Positions 8,908-18,663 of a DNA stretch of 32,000 nucleotides are shown one piece after another (within the stretch, counting starts at the first letter, position 1; each line of letters opens with the position of its first letter). Position numbers and translations under genes: made by a program. Source of the stretch: Xylella taiwanensis (GTDB taxonomy: Bacteria; Pseudomonadota; Gammaproteobacteria; Xanthomonadales; Xanthomonadaceae); the NCBI RefSeq assembly GCF_013177435.1, contig NZ_CP053627.1:990001-1022000 (forward strand), given 5' to 3'. The notes below the pieces were generated by a model, which was not told where the DNA came from, searched no databases, and worked only from the letters and a program-made list of their open reading frames with translations.

Positions 8908-10128
8908 CTAGCTGTGTAGGCGATTGTAGATACTCAAGCCGGCGATCCAGACCCCGAGCATGCTGCCGAAGTTTGTGAATAAGAAGGTCAACATCACCTT
9001 TGAAACCCGGTTTTTATACCAGCCATATAGGGTCTGTGCGTCGTCGCGTAAGGTCAGGAAGTCCTGGTAGGCTGGCTTGCGCATATGAACCTCGACCAGT
9101 GCGGCGAAGGCACCAGTTGGTAGGCTTAGCCGGAACGGCTTAAACGGCGCGACCAGTGATGCCACCAGCACACTTAATGGGTGGCTGCCTGCTAATGCGC
9201 AGCCGAGTCCGGCCATGACACTGGTGTATAATGCCCATTGCAGCAAAAGGTCTGTGCCCATTGCCAAGCCACCGCGCAAAAATCCGACCACAATACCAGT
9301 TGCGATAAGTGTCATCAGTCCCAGCGTGAACCAGGGGACCCGTTTCTTCTGTTGTACTTTTTCCAGTATGGCACGCAGCTCGGTTGGTGGTTCGATGTCA
9401 TCCTCCAGATGTTTAGCCAATCCAGTTAAATGACCTGCACCGACAACCACCAGTACTTTCCGCGTTGCAATGTTTACTTCCTCGCGCAGGCGGGCCGCCA
9501 TGTAGCGGTCACGCTCGGCGATAATGGTCTGGTATAGCTCCGGGCTTTCGCTGGCGAAGTCGCCAAAGCTAGCTTCGAGCATGTCGCCTTGCTTGAGTTT
9601 TTCAATTTCTTCTTCGCCGACTTCATCGGCGGCGAACAGCCCAGCGATCAGTCCACTGCCCAGCTTCAATTTCCCGAAGAAGCCAAGCTTGGCCGAGGCA
9701 CGCTTAAAAGTAAGGCCGACTTCACGGTCGATCAAATGTACGGGGAGATCGCGTTCGCGTGCCATGGTCACTGCGGCCTTCAATTCTGCACCTGGTTCGA
9801 TGCCTAACTGCTTGGCTAGGCGCCGTTGGTATGCCGCGAGAGCCAGGTTGGCTGCGAATAAGGCCAATTGGCCCTTACGTATCACCTGTATCAGGTCAAG
9901 CTTAGCTAACGTATCCGGATCGCATAGTGCTTGCAGGCGCTGTGCATCCAGTTCGACAGCGATGGCGTCATAGCAGCCACTTCCTACCTCTTGTTTGACT
10001 GCAGCCACACTGGCTTGTGAGACGTGAGCAGTGCCGAGTAGCGTGTAGTGCACGCCATTGCGTTCAACCACACGTAGAGGTTGCCCTGTGAGGGCGTCTT
10101 GTTGCGGGGAAACAGAGGGAATCATCAA
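8908..10128 (-). CDS. TraB/GumN family protein
   Basis: 406-aa ORF. N-terminal VHYTLLGTAHVSQASVAAVKQEV and GAGHLTGL are typical of the TraB (pheromone-shutdown-like) family. The C-terminal third is hydrophobic (predicted TM helices). Confidence 0.7.
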   Translation of the reverse strand: MMIPSVSPQQDALTGQPLRVVERNGVHYTLLGTAHVSQASVAAVKQEVGSGCYDAIAVELDAQRLQALCDPDTLAKLDLIQVIRKGQLALFAANLALAAYQRRLAKQLGIEPGAELKAAVTMARERDLPVHLIDREVGLTFKRASAKLGFFGKLKLGSGLIAGLFAADEVGEEEIEKLKQGDMLEASFGDFASESPELYQTIIAERDRYMAARLREEVNIATRKVLVVVGAGHLTGLAKHLEDDIEPPTELRAILEKVQQKKRVPWFTLGLMTLIATGIVVGFLRGGLAMGTDLLLQWALYTSVMAGLGCALAGSHPLSVLVASLVAPFKPFRLSLPTGAFAALVEVHMRKPAYQDFLTLRDDAQTLYGWYKNRVSKVMLTFLFTNFGSMLGVWIAGLSIYNRLHS

Positions 10129-10249
10129 AAAATTCGTCCAGAAGAGGGTAGGATATCTGTATTAGGCAGATCCACCGCTTGACGATGGAACGCTGTGATC
10201 ATTGGCATCTCATTCATGCAATGTCTTGTAGGGCTGCAGCGTCTACACC

Positions 10250-11137
10250 TTAGTCGATGTAGCGTTTGAGCAAGTCGCCATAGGCGTCGATGCGACGGTC
10301 GCGCAGAAATGGCCAGACCCGTCGTACGTGCTCGCTGCGTTGCAGGTTGATTTCGCATGTTAGAATCTCTGGTCCGTGGCTATTGGCTTCGGCGAGGAAC
10401 TCGCCTTGCGGGCCGAGTACGTGGCTGTTCCCCCAAAAGCGAATGCCTGACGTGCCGAGCGGTGATGGTTCGTGGCCGGCACGGTTGCAACTGAGCACTG
10501 GTAAACTATTAGCAACGGCGTGACCACGGTGGCTCAGTAACCAAGCGTCGCGCTGGCGGGTTTGTTCGTCGTATTCATCATTCGGATCCCAGCCGATTGC
10601 AGTTGGGTACAGCAGCAATTCGGCGCCCGCCAGTGCCATCAATCGTGCCGCCTCTGGGTACCATTGATCCCAGCACACTAGAACACCGAGACAGCCGACC
10701 GATGTAACAATTGGCTTGAAGCCGATGTCACCTGGTGTGAAGTAGAACTTCTCGTAGAAACCAGGATCGTCTGGGATGTGCATCTTACGGTATTTACCGA
10801 GTAGGTTGCCGTCCTTTTCCAATACCACCGCAGTATTGTGGTAGAGGCCTGCGGCACGGTGTTCGAACAGTGAGCCGACAAGTACCACGCCATGTTGCTT
10901 AGCCAGTGCACCCAGGCGTTCGGTACTTGGACCTGGAATCGGCTCGGCTAAGTTGAATTCGCTGATCGATTCGTGTTGACAGAAGTATGCACTGTTGTGT
11001 AATTCATGCAGCAATACCAGTTTGGCGCCCTGTGCTGCAGCCTCAGCTACACGCGCTTCGATGATGCTTAGATTAGCCTCGGCATTGCCATGGTTGTGCT
11101 CCTGGATCAGTGCTACGGGGAGAATATGACGGTTCAT
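10250..11137 (-). CDS. aguB: N-carbamoylputrescine amidase (carbon-nitrogen hydrolase family)
   Basis: 295-aa ORF with nitrilase-superfamily blocks (LVLLHELHNSAYF, YRKMHIPDDPGFYEKFYFTPGD, LGVLVCWDQWYPEAAR containing the catalytic Cys). It sits directly downstream of agmatine deiminase. Confidence 0.8.
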   Translation of the reverse strand: MNRHILPVALIQEHNHGNAEANLSIIEARVAEAAAQGAKLVLLHELHNSAYFCQHESISEFNLAEPIPGPSTERLGALAKQHGVVLVGSLFEHRAAGLYHNTAVVLEKDGNLLGKYRKMHIPDDPGFYEKFYFTPGDIGFKPIVTSVGCLGVLVCWDQWYPEAARLMALAGAELLLYPTAIGWDPNDEYDEQTRQRDAWLLSHRGHAVANSLPVLSCNRAGHEPSPLGTSGIRFWGNSHVLGPQGEFLAEANSHGPEILTCEINLQRSEHVRRVWPFLRDRRIDAYGDLLKRYID

Positions 11138-11218
11138 GACACATTTCCATGAAGGATGCGCACAGGGTAGCGTGCTCGTGCGTGATGTTGAGAGTGGTTG
11201 TGGGCCCAGTAGAGAGTG

Positions 11219-12274
11219 TTATCCAATACATGGTGATGTGGCGAGCAGGCCAGCCGGTATCTGTATGGTGATACAGTGCAGGCTTCCGTTTTGCCAGATC
11301 AAGGGACGGCACGGTACTGGCACGATTTCACGCTCGGGAAATGCGTCGGCCAGCACTGCTTGTGCGAGTGCATCGGCTGGATCTCCATAGATTGGCATCA
11401 GGACCGCACCTTCGATGATTAGAAAGTTGGCGTAAGACGCAGCTAAGCGTCGATCCTCGTCCATAATTGGCTTTGTCCATGGCAGTGGGAACAGCTTGTA
11501 GGGATGTCCGTCGGTGGTGCGTAGTGTGGTTAATTCAGTGCCCATTGCTTGCAATTCAGCGTAATGGCTGTCACTGATGTCGTTGCAGGATTGATAGACA
11601 ATACTGTCGGTCGAGGCGAAGCGGGCAAGAGTATCAATATGGGCGTCGGTATCGTCGCCTTCAAGATAGCCATGTTCCAGCCACAGCACCCGGTCTTGTG
11701 CCAACCATGCAGTTAAGTTGGCATCCAGTGTTGTACGTGTGTGCTGCGGGTGGCGTTCGTGCAGGCAGCGCCAAGTGGTCAGTAGGGTGCCCGCGCCATC
11801 TGTCTCGATTGCGCCACCTTCCAGAGTGAAGTCGATGCTGTGCATCAGGGCGTTCGCGAACAGACCGCTGGCGTGCAATACGCTCACCAACTGGTCGTCC
11901 AGCTTAGCTTCGAACTTACCGCCCCAGCCCGTAAAGCGGAAGTCCAGTAAGCAGAAGTTGCCATTCGTGCCGACCAAGGTGATCGGCCCTGAGTCGCGCA
12001 CCCAAGTGTCATTATAAATGGCCAAGGTGAAGCGTACCCGTTTCATCATTACATGTGCTGAACGCAGTCGCGCCTCGGCATAGGTTTGCAAGCCGTCGTC
12101 GACAACGCAGATGATGACTGTCTGAAAGCGAGTGATCGCTGCTACCAGTGCTATGTAGGTTTCCTCGACTTCAGGCAGACGTGCGGACCAGTCAGTATTG
12201 GCATGCGGCCAAGCGATTAGAATGGCAGACTGCGGTTCCCACTCGGCGGGGAAGCGGAACGGGAGTGTCGTCAA
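11219..12274 (-). CDS. aguA: Agmatine deiminase
   Basis: 351-aa ORF. FPAEWEPQSAILIAWPH, WVRDSGPI, HIDTLARF and C-terminal GSLHCITIQIP (catalytic Cys) match the agmatine deiminase / Porphyromonas-type peptidyl-arginine deiminase family. Confidence 0.85.
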   Translation of the reverse strand: MTTLPFRFPAEWEPQSAILIAWPHANTDWSARLPEVEETYIALVAAITRFQTVIICVVDDGLQTYAEARLRSAHVMMKRVRFTLAIYNDTWVRDSGPITLVGTNGNFCLLDFRFTGWGGKFEAKLDDQLVSVLHASGLFANALMHSIDFTLEGGAIETDGAGTLLTTWRCLHERHPQHTRTTLDANLTAWLAQDRVLWLEHGYLEGDDTDAHIDTLARFASTDSIVYQSCNDISDSHYAELQAMGTELTTLRTTDGHPYKLFPLPWTKPIMDEDRRLAASYANFLIIEGAVLMPIYGDPADALAQAVLADAFPEREIVPVPCRPLIWQNGSLHCITIQIPAGLLATSPCIG

Positions 12275-12321
12275 TTGTGTTTCACTTTCAGTGATTGCAC
12301 TCTGTGGCAGGATGGCCGTAA

Positions 12322-12654
12322 TCAGCGCATTGCCGGTGCTTTAGGTCCAATTTCGTCGGTGCTTGCGCTATTCATGACGACGTTGATGACTTTCCCTTTC
12401 TCGAAGTAAACGGTGTAATTAGGGTAGACCCAACGATCAATTTGTGGCCATTTCCGCTTTTGACCGCCGCTTGGAGGCAGTTTCTGTGTGGGTGTGCCGT
12501 AATTCGCTTCCACCTGGGCCATAGATTGATTTCGCGTTGGTGCTGCGGTTGGCTTAATTTTAACGCGATCAATCAGTAGCGTCTCGGCTTGACAAGTTAC
12601 AGCGATCCCCAGTAACGCGGCCAGCGTGCATGCGGCGATATGGCCGTTTTGCAT
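12322..12654 (-). CDS. Small exported protein of unknown function
   Basis: 110-aa ORF with a signal-peptide-like N-terminus (AACTLAALLGIAVTCQA/ET). It lies 47 nt upstream of aguA on the same strand. I recognised no family. Confidence 0.5.
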   Translation of the reverse strand: MQNGHIAACTLAALLGIAVTCQAETLLIDRVKIKPTAAPTRNQSMAQVEANYGTPTQKLPPSGGQKRKWPQIDRWVYPNYTVYFEKGKVINVVMNSASTDEIGPKAPAMR

Positions 12655-12770
12655 GTTTTTATTTCCTCAATTGGATGATGTTGAACTGCGATTACAACAA
12701 AAAACATTGATGAAAAATGCTTTGGCCACATACGTAAAAGGTTTATCAACGTTTGTTCAATGCGGCAGAA

Positions 12771-12796
12771 AAACAAAAAACCGCCCTGAGGCGGTT
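12771..12796 (-). terminator. Rho-independent terminator downstream of rpmJ
   Basis: Plus strand reads aaacaaaaaaCCGCCctgaGGCGGtt. On the minus strand this is a GC stem (AACCGCC/GGCGGTT, 4-nt loop) followed by TTTTTTGTTT, about 30 nt after the rpmJ stop. Confidence 0.65.
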
Positions 12797-12826
12797 TTCC
12801 AGGACACACTACCACAAAGCTGCGCT

Positions 12827-12952
12827 TCAGCGTTGACGCGCCTTAAAGCGAGGATTGGACTTACAAATCACGAAGATCTTACCGCGGCGGCGGATCACCT
12901 TACAGTCACGGTGACGTGTCTTTGCTGACTTTAGTGAGGATAGAACTTTCAT
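12827..12952 (-). CDS. rpmJ: 50S ribosomal protein L36, type B (non-zinc, YkgO-like form)
   Basis: Not in the ORF track (41 aa). The minus strand reads [41 protein letters not shown] and ends at TGA 12827-12829. GAGGTG sits 6 nt upstream of the ATG. The sequence resembles E. coli YkgO rather than the CxxC-containing RpmJ. Confidence 0.85.
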   Translation of the reverse strand: MKVLSSLKSAKTRHRDCKVIRRRGKIFVICKSNPRFKARQR

Positions 12953-12974
12953 ATACACCTCGGCGAAACGCTTG

Positions 12975-12996
12975 TCTTGTATAGCTCTTGTATAGC
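12975..12996. repeat. Perfect tandem duplication of an 11-bp unit (tcttgtatagc x2)
   Basis: Read directly: 12975-12985 and 12986-12996 are identical. The repeat lies 23-44 nt upstream of the rpmJ start codon, in the rpmJ/cmk divergent intergenic region. Confidence 0.9.
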
Positions 12997-13179
12997 TAGA
13001 GTTAGGCGTTCATGCATTCTCTTAATAAATCAAAATGCACCAGACGCTAAAATGACCAGGAAGCTAATTGATGTTGATAATGCTATCTGCCTTTAAAGTA
13101 GACTTTCAAGTGCTTATGGCACATACATAAACAGGCGGAGCTACAATCTCTAGCTTTAATCGCGATTACTGGAGTTTGG

Positions 13180-13851
13180 ATGACTGACCTTGTGCCTGTC
13201 CTTACCATTGATGGCCCGTCCGGGGCTGGTAAGGGTACAGTCAGTAGGATTGTGGCTGCGCGGCTGGGTTGGCATTACTTGGATTCAGGGGTGTTGTATC
13301 GGGCTGTTGGAGTGGCGGCTGGCTGGGCAGGTCTTGATGTGTCCGACACAATGGCTTTAGTGAGTTGCGCGTTCGATACTCATGTCAATTTTGCCGAGTG
13401 TGCTGATGGGGATATGCGTATCCTGGTGAATACGATCGACGCCACCGACGAGCTGCGTATGGAAACCGCTGGTGTGCTGGCTTCGACAATTGCTGCTGTC
13501 TCTGAGGTGCGCGCTGCATTGAAGGAGCGTCAACGTATGTTTCGACGCGGTCCAGGATTAGTTGCAGATGGTCGTGACATGGGTACGGTAATCTTTCCGG
13601 ATGCCCAATATAAGGTTTTCTTGACTGCTAACGCCGAGGAGCGCGCTCAACGCAGGCATAAACAGTTGATGAAGAAGGGTGTTTCGGTTATGTTCACCAC
13701 TTTGCTGGACGAAATTAGGGCGCGCGATGCGCGTGATGCTTGCCGATCTGTAGCGCCGTTAAGGCCGGCTGATGATGCCTTGTTAATCGATAGTACCCGT
13801 ATTGGGGTCGATGAAGTCGTTGCTCAGGTACTTGCTTTGGTGACTGATTGA
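13180..13851 (+). CDS. cmk: Cytidylate kinase
   Basis: 223-aa ORF with the P-loop [16 protein letters not shown] and [15 protein letters not shown] lies 6 nt upstream of the ATG. It has the conserved position upstream of rpsA. Confidence 0.9.
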   Translation: MTDLVPVLTIDGPSGAGKGTVSRIVAARLGWHYLDSGVLYRAVGVAAGWAGLDVSDTMALVSCAFDTHVNFAECADGDMRILVNTIDATDELRMETAGVLASTIAAVSEVRAALKERQRMFRRGPGLVADGRDMGTVIFPDAQYKVFLTANAEERAQRRHKQLMKKGVSVMFTTLLDEIRARDARDACRSVAPLRPADDALLIDSTRIGVDEVVAQVLALVTD

Positions 13852-14052
13852 AGTAAGAAGTTTAGGTTCCTTTGGACAGAATCCCCAGTGCTTGTGGTGT
13901 CCAATGGGGTGCCAGAATCAAATATGCAAGGTGTTGTAGACAGGCTCCGTTGCGCGATGCGTGGCGGTTTATCCACTTAAACTTTAGGGTGGACGGTGTA
14001 TCTGGCGATAAAGCTTTGAGTGACCGTCCGTGTGTTTAACCGAGTAAATCAA
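13852..14052 (+). promoter_or_regulatory. rpsA 5' leader, structured and without a Shine-Dalgarno sequence
   Basis: The 201-nt gap contains complementary segments (ccccag...ctgggg-like and GGACGGT...ACCGTCC). There is no purine-rich SD in ttaaccgagtaaatcaaATG. This resembles the SD-less, autoregulated rpsA leader of E. coli. The call rests on that analogy only. Confidence 0.3.
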
Positions 14053-15729
14053 ATGACTGAATCTTTTGCTGAACTGTTCGAAGCCAGCCAAGCGAACCTG
14101 GCGAAGCTAAAACCGGGTGCCATCGTTACTGGGACCGTTGTGGATGTCCGTGGTGACGTAGTGGTTATTAACGCCGGTTTGAAGTCCGAAGGCATCGTGC
14201 CGATTGAGCAGTTCCGTAATGACGCTGGTGAGATCGATGTTGGAGTGGGCGATCAGGTCAAAGTTGCGTTGGATTCCATTGAGAATGGCTTTGGCGAGAC
14301 TATTCTGTCGCGTGAAAAGGCTAAGCGTTCGATGGTGTGGGATGAGCTGGAAGAGGCGTTGGAGAAGAATGAGACTATCAGTGGCCGTATCAGCGGTAAG
14401 GTCAAGGGAGGGTTCACCGTTGACATTAAGGATGTCCGCGCGTTTCTTCCCGCTTCTTTGGTCGATGTGCGCCCGGTTCGGGATCCTGCTTACTTGGAGG
14501 GTAAGGAGCTGGAGTTTAAGCTCATTAAGCTAGATCGTAAGCGTAACAATGTGGTTGTTTCTCGTCGTGCGGTGGTCGAAAGCGAGCATTCCGAGGAGCG
14601 CGAGCAGCTGTTGGATAAGTTGCAGGAAGGCGCAGTTTTGACTGGTACGGTTAAAAATATGACCGATTACGGGGCATTCGTGGATCTAGGCGGAGTCGAT
14701 GGATTACTTCACATCACTGACATGGCATGGAAGCGTGTGCGCCATCCGTGTGAGGTGGTTAATATCGGCGATGAGGTAGAGGTACGTGTACTGAAGTTTG
14801 ATCGTGAACGCAATCGTGTCAGCCTTGGTTTGAAGCAACTGGGCGAGGATCCTTGGGATAACATCTCGCGTCGTTATCCGGCTAACTGTCGGGTATTTGG
14901 TAAGGTTTCCAACGTTACTGACTATGGTGCGTTTGTTGAGATCGAGGCAGGTGTCGAAGGTTTGGTGCATGTCTCAGAAATGGATTGGACCAACAAGAAT
15001 GTCAATCCTTCCAAGGTTGTTCAGGTTGGTGATGAGGTTGAGGTCATGATTCTGGATGTGGACGAGGAACGTCGTCGCATCTCGTTGGGCATGAAGCAGG
15101 TCGCTGCCAATCCCTGGGAAACCTTTGCCGTTACCCATAAGAAGGGTGACAAGGTGAGTGGTCAGGTTAAGTCGATCACAGACTTTGGCATCTTTATCGG
15201 TTTGGAAGGTGGTATCGATGGTTTGTTGCACTTGTCTGACATTAGCTGGAACACTACCGGCGAAGACGTAGTCCGTAACTTCAAGAAGGGGGATACCCTA
15301 GAAACAGTTGTCTTGGCTGTCGATCCAGAGCGTGAGCGCATTTCGCTGGGTGTGAAGCAGCTGGAACAGGATCCTTTTGGCCAATATATGGCTACTCACC
15401 CGAAAGGCTCCAAGGTCGCTGGCATCGTTAAGGAGGTTGATGTCAAAGGGGCCTTGATTGAGCTGGCTGACGGAATCGAAGGTTACGTTTCGGCACGCGA
15501 CATTGCCAACGAGCGTGTAGAGGACGCGAGTCAGTACCTGAAGGTAGGTGATAGTGTGGAAGCTAAGTTCATTGGCATGGACCGTAAGGGGCGTACTTTA
15601 CAGTTGTCGATTAAAGCCAAAGATGATGCCGAGATGCGTGAAGTTCTTGAGGAATACCAATCCTCTTCTAGCGGTACTACAAAATTGGGTACGTTGCTGA
15701 GAGAGCAACTCGGTAATAAGTCCGAGTAA
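14053..15729 (+). CDS. rpsA: 30S ribosomal protein S1
   Basis: ORF 14020-15729. The canonical start [10 protein letters not shown] is at ATG 14053. There are six S1-domain repeats (recurring G-x-V-x(n)-GAFV/FVDLGG-x-DGLLH-x-S motifs). Confidence 0.95.
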   Translation: MTESFAELFEASQANLAKLKPGAIVTGTVVDVRGDVVVINAGLKSEGIVPIEQFRNDAGEIDVGVGDQVKVALDSIENGFGETILSREKAKRSMVWDELEEALEKNETISGRISGKVKGGFTVDIKDVRAFLPASLVDVRPVRDPAYLEGKELEFKLIKLDRKRNNVVVSRRAVVESEHSEEREQLLDKLQEGAVLTGTVKNMTDYGAFVDLGGVDGLLHITDMAWKRVRHPCEVVNIGDEVEVRVLKFDRERNRVSLGLKQLGEDPWDNISRRYPANCRVFGKVSNVTDYGAFVEIEAGVEGLVHVSEMDWTNKNVNPSKVVQVGDEVEVMILDVDEERRRISLGMKQVAANPWETFAVTHKKGDKVSGQVKSITDFGIFIGLEGGIDGLLHLSDISWNTTGEDVVRNFKKGDTLETVVLAVDPERERISLGVKQLEQDPFGQYMATHPKGSKVAGIVKEVDVKGALIELADGIEGYVSARDIANERVEDASQYLKVGDSVEAKFIGMDRKGRTLQLSIKAKDDAEMREVLEEYQSSSSGTTKLGTLLREQLGNKSE

Positions 15730-15830
15730 TTGGTTGCTCCTGATTCTCCTTTATAAAATTAGGGATCGGATCGGCCTAGGTGTTCTGCCTGGACCGATTC
15801 CGGTGTCAAGCAATTTTTTGTCTTTTACCG

Positions 15831-16145
15831 ATGACCAAGTCCGAATTAATCGAGATCCTGGCCAAGCGCCAAGCGCATTTGAAGTCAGATGACGTCGATC
15901 TTGCGGTCAAGTCATTATTAGAAATGATGGGCGAAGCCCTATCTGAGGGAGACCGCATTGAAATCCGTGGTTTCGGTAGTTTCTCCATACACTACCGTCC
16001 ACCGCGTTGTGGGCGTAACCCTAAGACCGGTGAATCAGTTGCATTACCTGGCAAACATGTGCCTCACTTTAAGCCTGGCAAAGAATTGCGTGAACGTGTG
16101 TCAAGTATTGTACCTCTGGCGGAATGTGGCGGCGCCACTGAGTAA
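15831..16145 (+). CDS. ihfB: Integration host factor subunit beta
   Basis: ORF 15780-16145. The canonical start MTKSELIE is at ATG 15831. [45 protein letters not shown] is the HU/IHF signature. Confidence 0.9.
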   Translation: MTKSELIEILAKRQAHLKSDDVDLAVKSLLEMMGEALSEGDRIEIRGFGSFSIHYRPPRCGRNPKTGESVALPGKHVPHFKPGKELRERVSSIVPLAECGGATE

Positions 16146-16194
16146 CCAGTTCTGATCGGTTAAGCTATTGGCTGATCGTTCTCGGATGTGACCC

Positions 16195-16491
16195 ATGAAA
16201 ATCTTCCGCCTTCTGGTAATGTTGGTCTTTCTACTGGTCGGCTTGGTCATTGGCGTCTTGAATTCTGCCGAAGTGACTCTGGATTTTATGTTCTCGAGTG
16301 TGCGTACCACTTTGGGTATGGTTATCGTTGTGGCGTTGCTGGCTGGTCTGATTATTGGTAGCAGTTTGGTGTTCGTGGTCGCATTGATTCCTACTTATTC
16401 CAAGCTTCGCAGGACCAATAAAGTGTTGGCTCAGATGCGTAGTGCATCTGAACTCGCTGCCGATCTGCGTCCTACCGATGGATTGCATTGA
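16195..16491 (+). CDS. lapA: Lipopolysaccharide assembly protein LapA (DUF1049 membrane protein)
   Basis: 98-aa ORF with two hydrophobic helices. Its position immediately upstream of lapB (4-nt gap) matches the conserved ihfB-lapA-lapB order. Confidence 0.7.
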   Translation: MKIFRLLVMLVFLLVGLVIGVLNSAEVTLDFMFSSVRTTLGMVIVVALLAGLIIGSSLVFVVALIPTYSKLRRTNKVLAQMRSASELAADLRPTDGLH

Positions 16492-16495
16492 TCCT

Positions 16496-17674
16496 ATGGA
16501 ATTCTTGGATGAGTGGTTCTGGTTTTTCTTATTGCTGCCGCTGGCTGCTTTGAGCGGTTGGGTCATTGGCCGACGGGGAGGGCAACGCCATGGTCAGGCC
16601 CAGGTGAGTCGGTTGTCTAGTACTTATTTTCGCGGCCTGAATTATCTACTCAGCGAACAACCCGATAAGGCAATCGAGCTGTTTCAGCATATTGCGGAGC
16701 TGGATAAGGAAACTTTCGAGACTCATGTTGCGCTCGGTCATTTGTTCCGCCGCCGTGGTGAGATTGATCGCGCGATCCGGTTGCATCAAGGATTGGTGCA
16801 ACGTTCTGATTTGACCGACCATCAGAGGGTGCAGGCCTTACTTGCGCTGGGCGAGGATTACATGAAATCTGGATTGCTGGATCGCGCTGAGACAGTATTC
16901 ACAGAACTTGCGCAGATTGATCAACGTGCACCGCAAGCGCTACGCCACTTAATCACCATCTACCAAACTGAGCGTGATTGGGAGAAAGCGATCGACAATG
17001 CGATCCGTTATGAAGCGGTCACTGGGGAGCCGATGGGCAAGCTTATTGGTCAATTCGAATGCGAGTTGGCGGATCGCTACCGTGCTTCCAACCAACACGA
17101 ACGGGCGCTGGAAGCGGTGCGTCGTGCTTACCAAGCCGATGCGACTTCGGTACGTGCCGGTATCATTGAAGGTCGCATTGAGGCTGATTTGGGTCACAAC
17201 GAGGCGGCGGTCCGTGCTTGGGAACGTGCTGCGCGTCATGATCCTGAGTATCTTCCCGAGATCATTCCGGCGTTGCTGATTGCCTATCGTCAAGGGGGTG
17301 ACATTGCTGGGGCCCGTAATTTTCTTTCCGAGATGACTGAGCACTATCGTGGTATTGCTCCGGTTTTGGCGATGACCCAACTGATGGAATCGCAGGAAGG
17401 ACCAGCACATGCGCGTGGTTATCTCGGTAGCCAGCTGAAAGCGAAGCCCTCGGTACGTGGTCAATCGGCGCTGATCGATCTAACTCTAGCTGATGGAAGC
17501 GATCCGGTCGCGTCTTTGCATGATCTAAAGCATATTACCGATCAACTGTTGGTACGCAATCCCAGTTACCGTTGCACGCGCTGTGGTTTCGGCGCTAAGA
17601 CTCATCATTGGCAATGTCCAAGTTGTAAAGAGTGGGGAACAGTGAAGCCGTTGCTGAACTATGCGGTGGTCTAA
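16496..17674 (+). CDS. lapB: Lipopolysaccharide assembly protein LapB (YciM): TPR plus rubredoxin-like zinc finger
   Basis: ORF 16442-17674. I favour ATG 16496 (MEFLDEWFWFFLLLPLAALSGWVIGRR, an N-terminal TM helix). It has TPR-like repeats and C-terminal CTRCGFGAKTHHWQCPSCKEWGT, typical of LapB. Confidence 0.85.
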   Translation: MEFLDEWFWFFLLLPLAALSGWVIGRRGGQRHGQAQVSRLSSTYFRGLNYLLSEQPDKAIELFQHIAELDKETFETHVALGHLFRRRGEIDRAIRLHQGLVQRSDLTDHQRVQALLALGEDYMKSGLLDRAETVFTELAQIDQRAPQALRHLITIYQTERDWEKAIDNAIRYEAVTGEPMGKLIGQFECELADRYRASNQHERALEAVRRAYQADATSVRAGIIEGRIEADLGHNEAAVRAWERAARHDPEYLPEIIPALLIAYRQGGDIAGARNFLSEMTEHYRGIAPVLAMTQLMESQEGPAHARGYLGSQLKAKPSVRGQSALIDLTLADGSDPVASLHDLKHITDQLLVRNPSYRCTRCGFGAKTHHWQCPSCKEWGTVKPLLNYAVV

Positions 17675-18651
17675 TGCTGATCCTATGGCAGTGGGGTGTA
17701 CTGCACTTGGTAGTGGCAGCGGTGGGTACTTGGCTGTTGCGCCACTATGCTCTTTGGCGTCGGTTGCTCGACTTGCCTTGTGAACGTCGTAGTCACCAAA
17801 TGGCGACCCCGCGTGGTGGTGGTATGGCAATTGTGTTTGCGTTGCTTTTTGGCTGTGTGTTGGCTTGGTTCGGATTGCCGCAGTGGCGCTTCTATCTGGC
17901 TCTCTATGCTTGCGGTCTTACACTGATTGCTTCAATCGGTTGGTGGGACGATCATCGTCCGCTACCGGTTGTTCTCCGTTTCGTGGTGCATTGTCTGGCT
18001 GCTACGCTCCTTGGTGTGTTGACCTTCACCGAATCTGGCAGTGTGTGGCAAGCATTGGTTGCTGCTGGGGCTGCGCTGGTGTTGGTTAATATCTGGAATT
18101 TCATGGATGGCATCAATGGTCTGGCGACCACTCAGGCAGGGGTTGCAGCGATCGCTTATGCCTTGGTCTTGCCGGGACTCACAGCTTGGGCGGGCTGGGC
18201 CCTGGCAGCGGCTTGTTTGGGTTTTCTGCCGTTCAATTTTCCACGTGCGATGATCTTCCTTGGTGACGGTGGCAGCGGCGCATTAGGCTATGCTTTGGCC
18301 GCATTGCTGGCGTTGGCCCTGACTAAGGGACAGGTCAGCGTTTGGATAGTTTGGATTCCGTTGACTGCGTTTCTTGTCGATGCAGGCTTCACCTTGCTGT
18401 CTCGCCTATTTTCTGGCCAGCGTTGGTGGCAACCGCATGTTCAACATGTCTATCAGCGGGCTGCCAGACGTTGTGGCTCGCATACGCCCGTCACACTTGC
18501 TTATTTCGTTTTCAGTGTATCTACCCTTGTCTTATTTTTTGCCGTTGCACATATACCGTTGTTGCAGTGGGAAGCGATGGAATCGATGATTTTTTGTGTC
18601 TTTGTCGGCCTGATTTGGCTATTTCTGCGTCATGAATTGCGTGACGACTGA
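17674..18651 (+). CDS. Glycosyltransferase family 4, polyprenyl-phosphate HexNAc-1-phosphate transferase (WecA/WbpL-like)
   Basis: ORF 17632-18651. ATG 17674 overlaps the lapB stop (TAATG). Polytopic membrane protein with WWDDHRPLP and NFMDGINGL, MraY/WecA-family motifs. Confidence 0.8.
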   Translation: MLILWQWGVLHLVVAAVGTWLLRHYALWRRLLDLPCERRSHQMATPRGGGMAIVFALLFGCVLAWFGLPQWRFYLALYACGLTLIASIGWWDDHRPLPVVLRFVVHCLAATLLGVLTFTESGSVWQALVAAGAALVLVNIWNFMDGINGLATTQAGVAAIAYALVLPGLTAWAGWALAAACLGFLPFNFPRAMIFLGDGGSGALGYALAALLALALTKGQVSVWIVWIPLTAFLVDAGFTLLSRLFSGQRWWQPHVQHVYQRAARRCGSHTPVTLAYFVFSVSTLVLFFAVAHIPLLQWEAMESMIFCVFVGLIWLFLRHELRDD

Positions 18652-18663
18652 AGGAAGGAATAC

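Noticed and set aside
13070-13088. Fur/Zur-box-like AT-rich sequence gatgttgataatgctatct in the rpmJ/cmk intergenic region
   Set aside because: It matches only about 11 of 19 positions of the classical Fur consensus by my alignment. The palindrome has only 4-bp arms (GATA....TATC), which is not enough to call a site.
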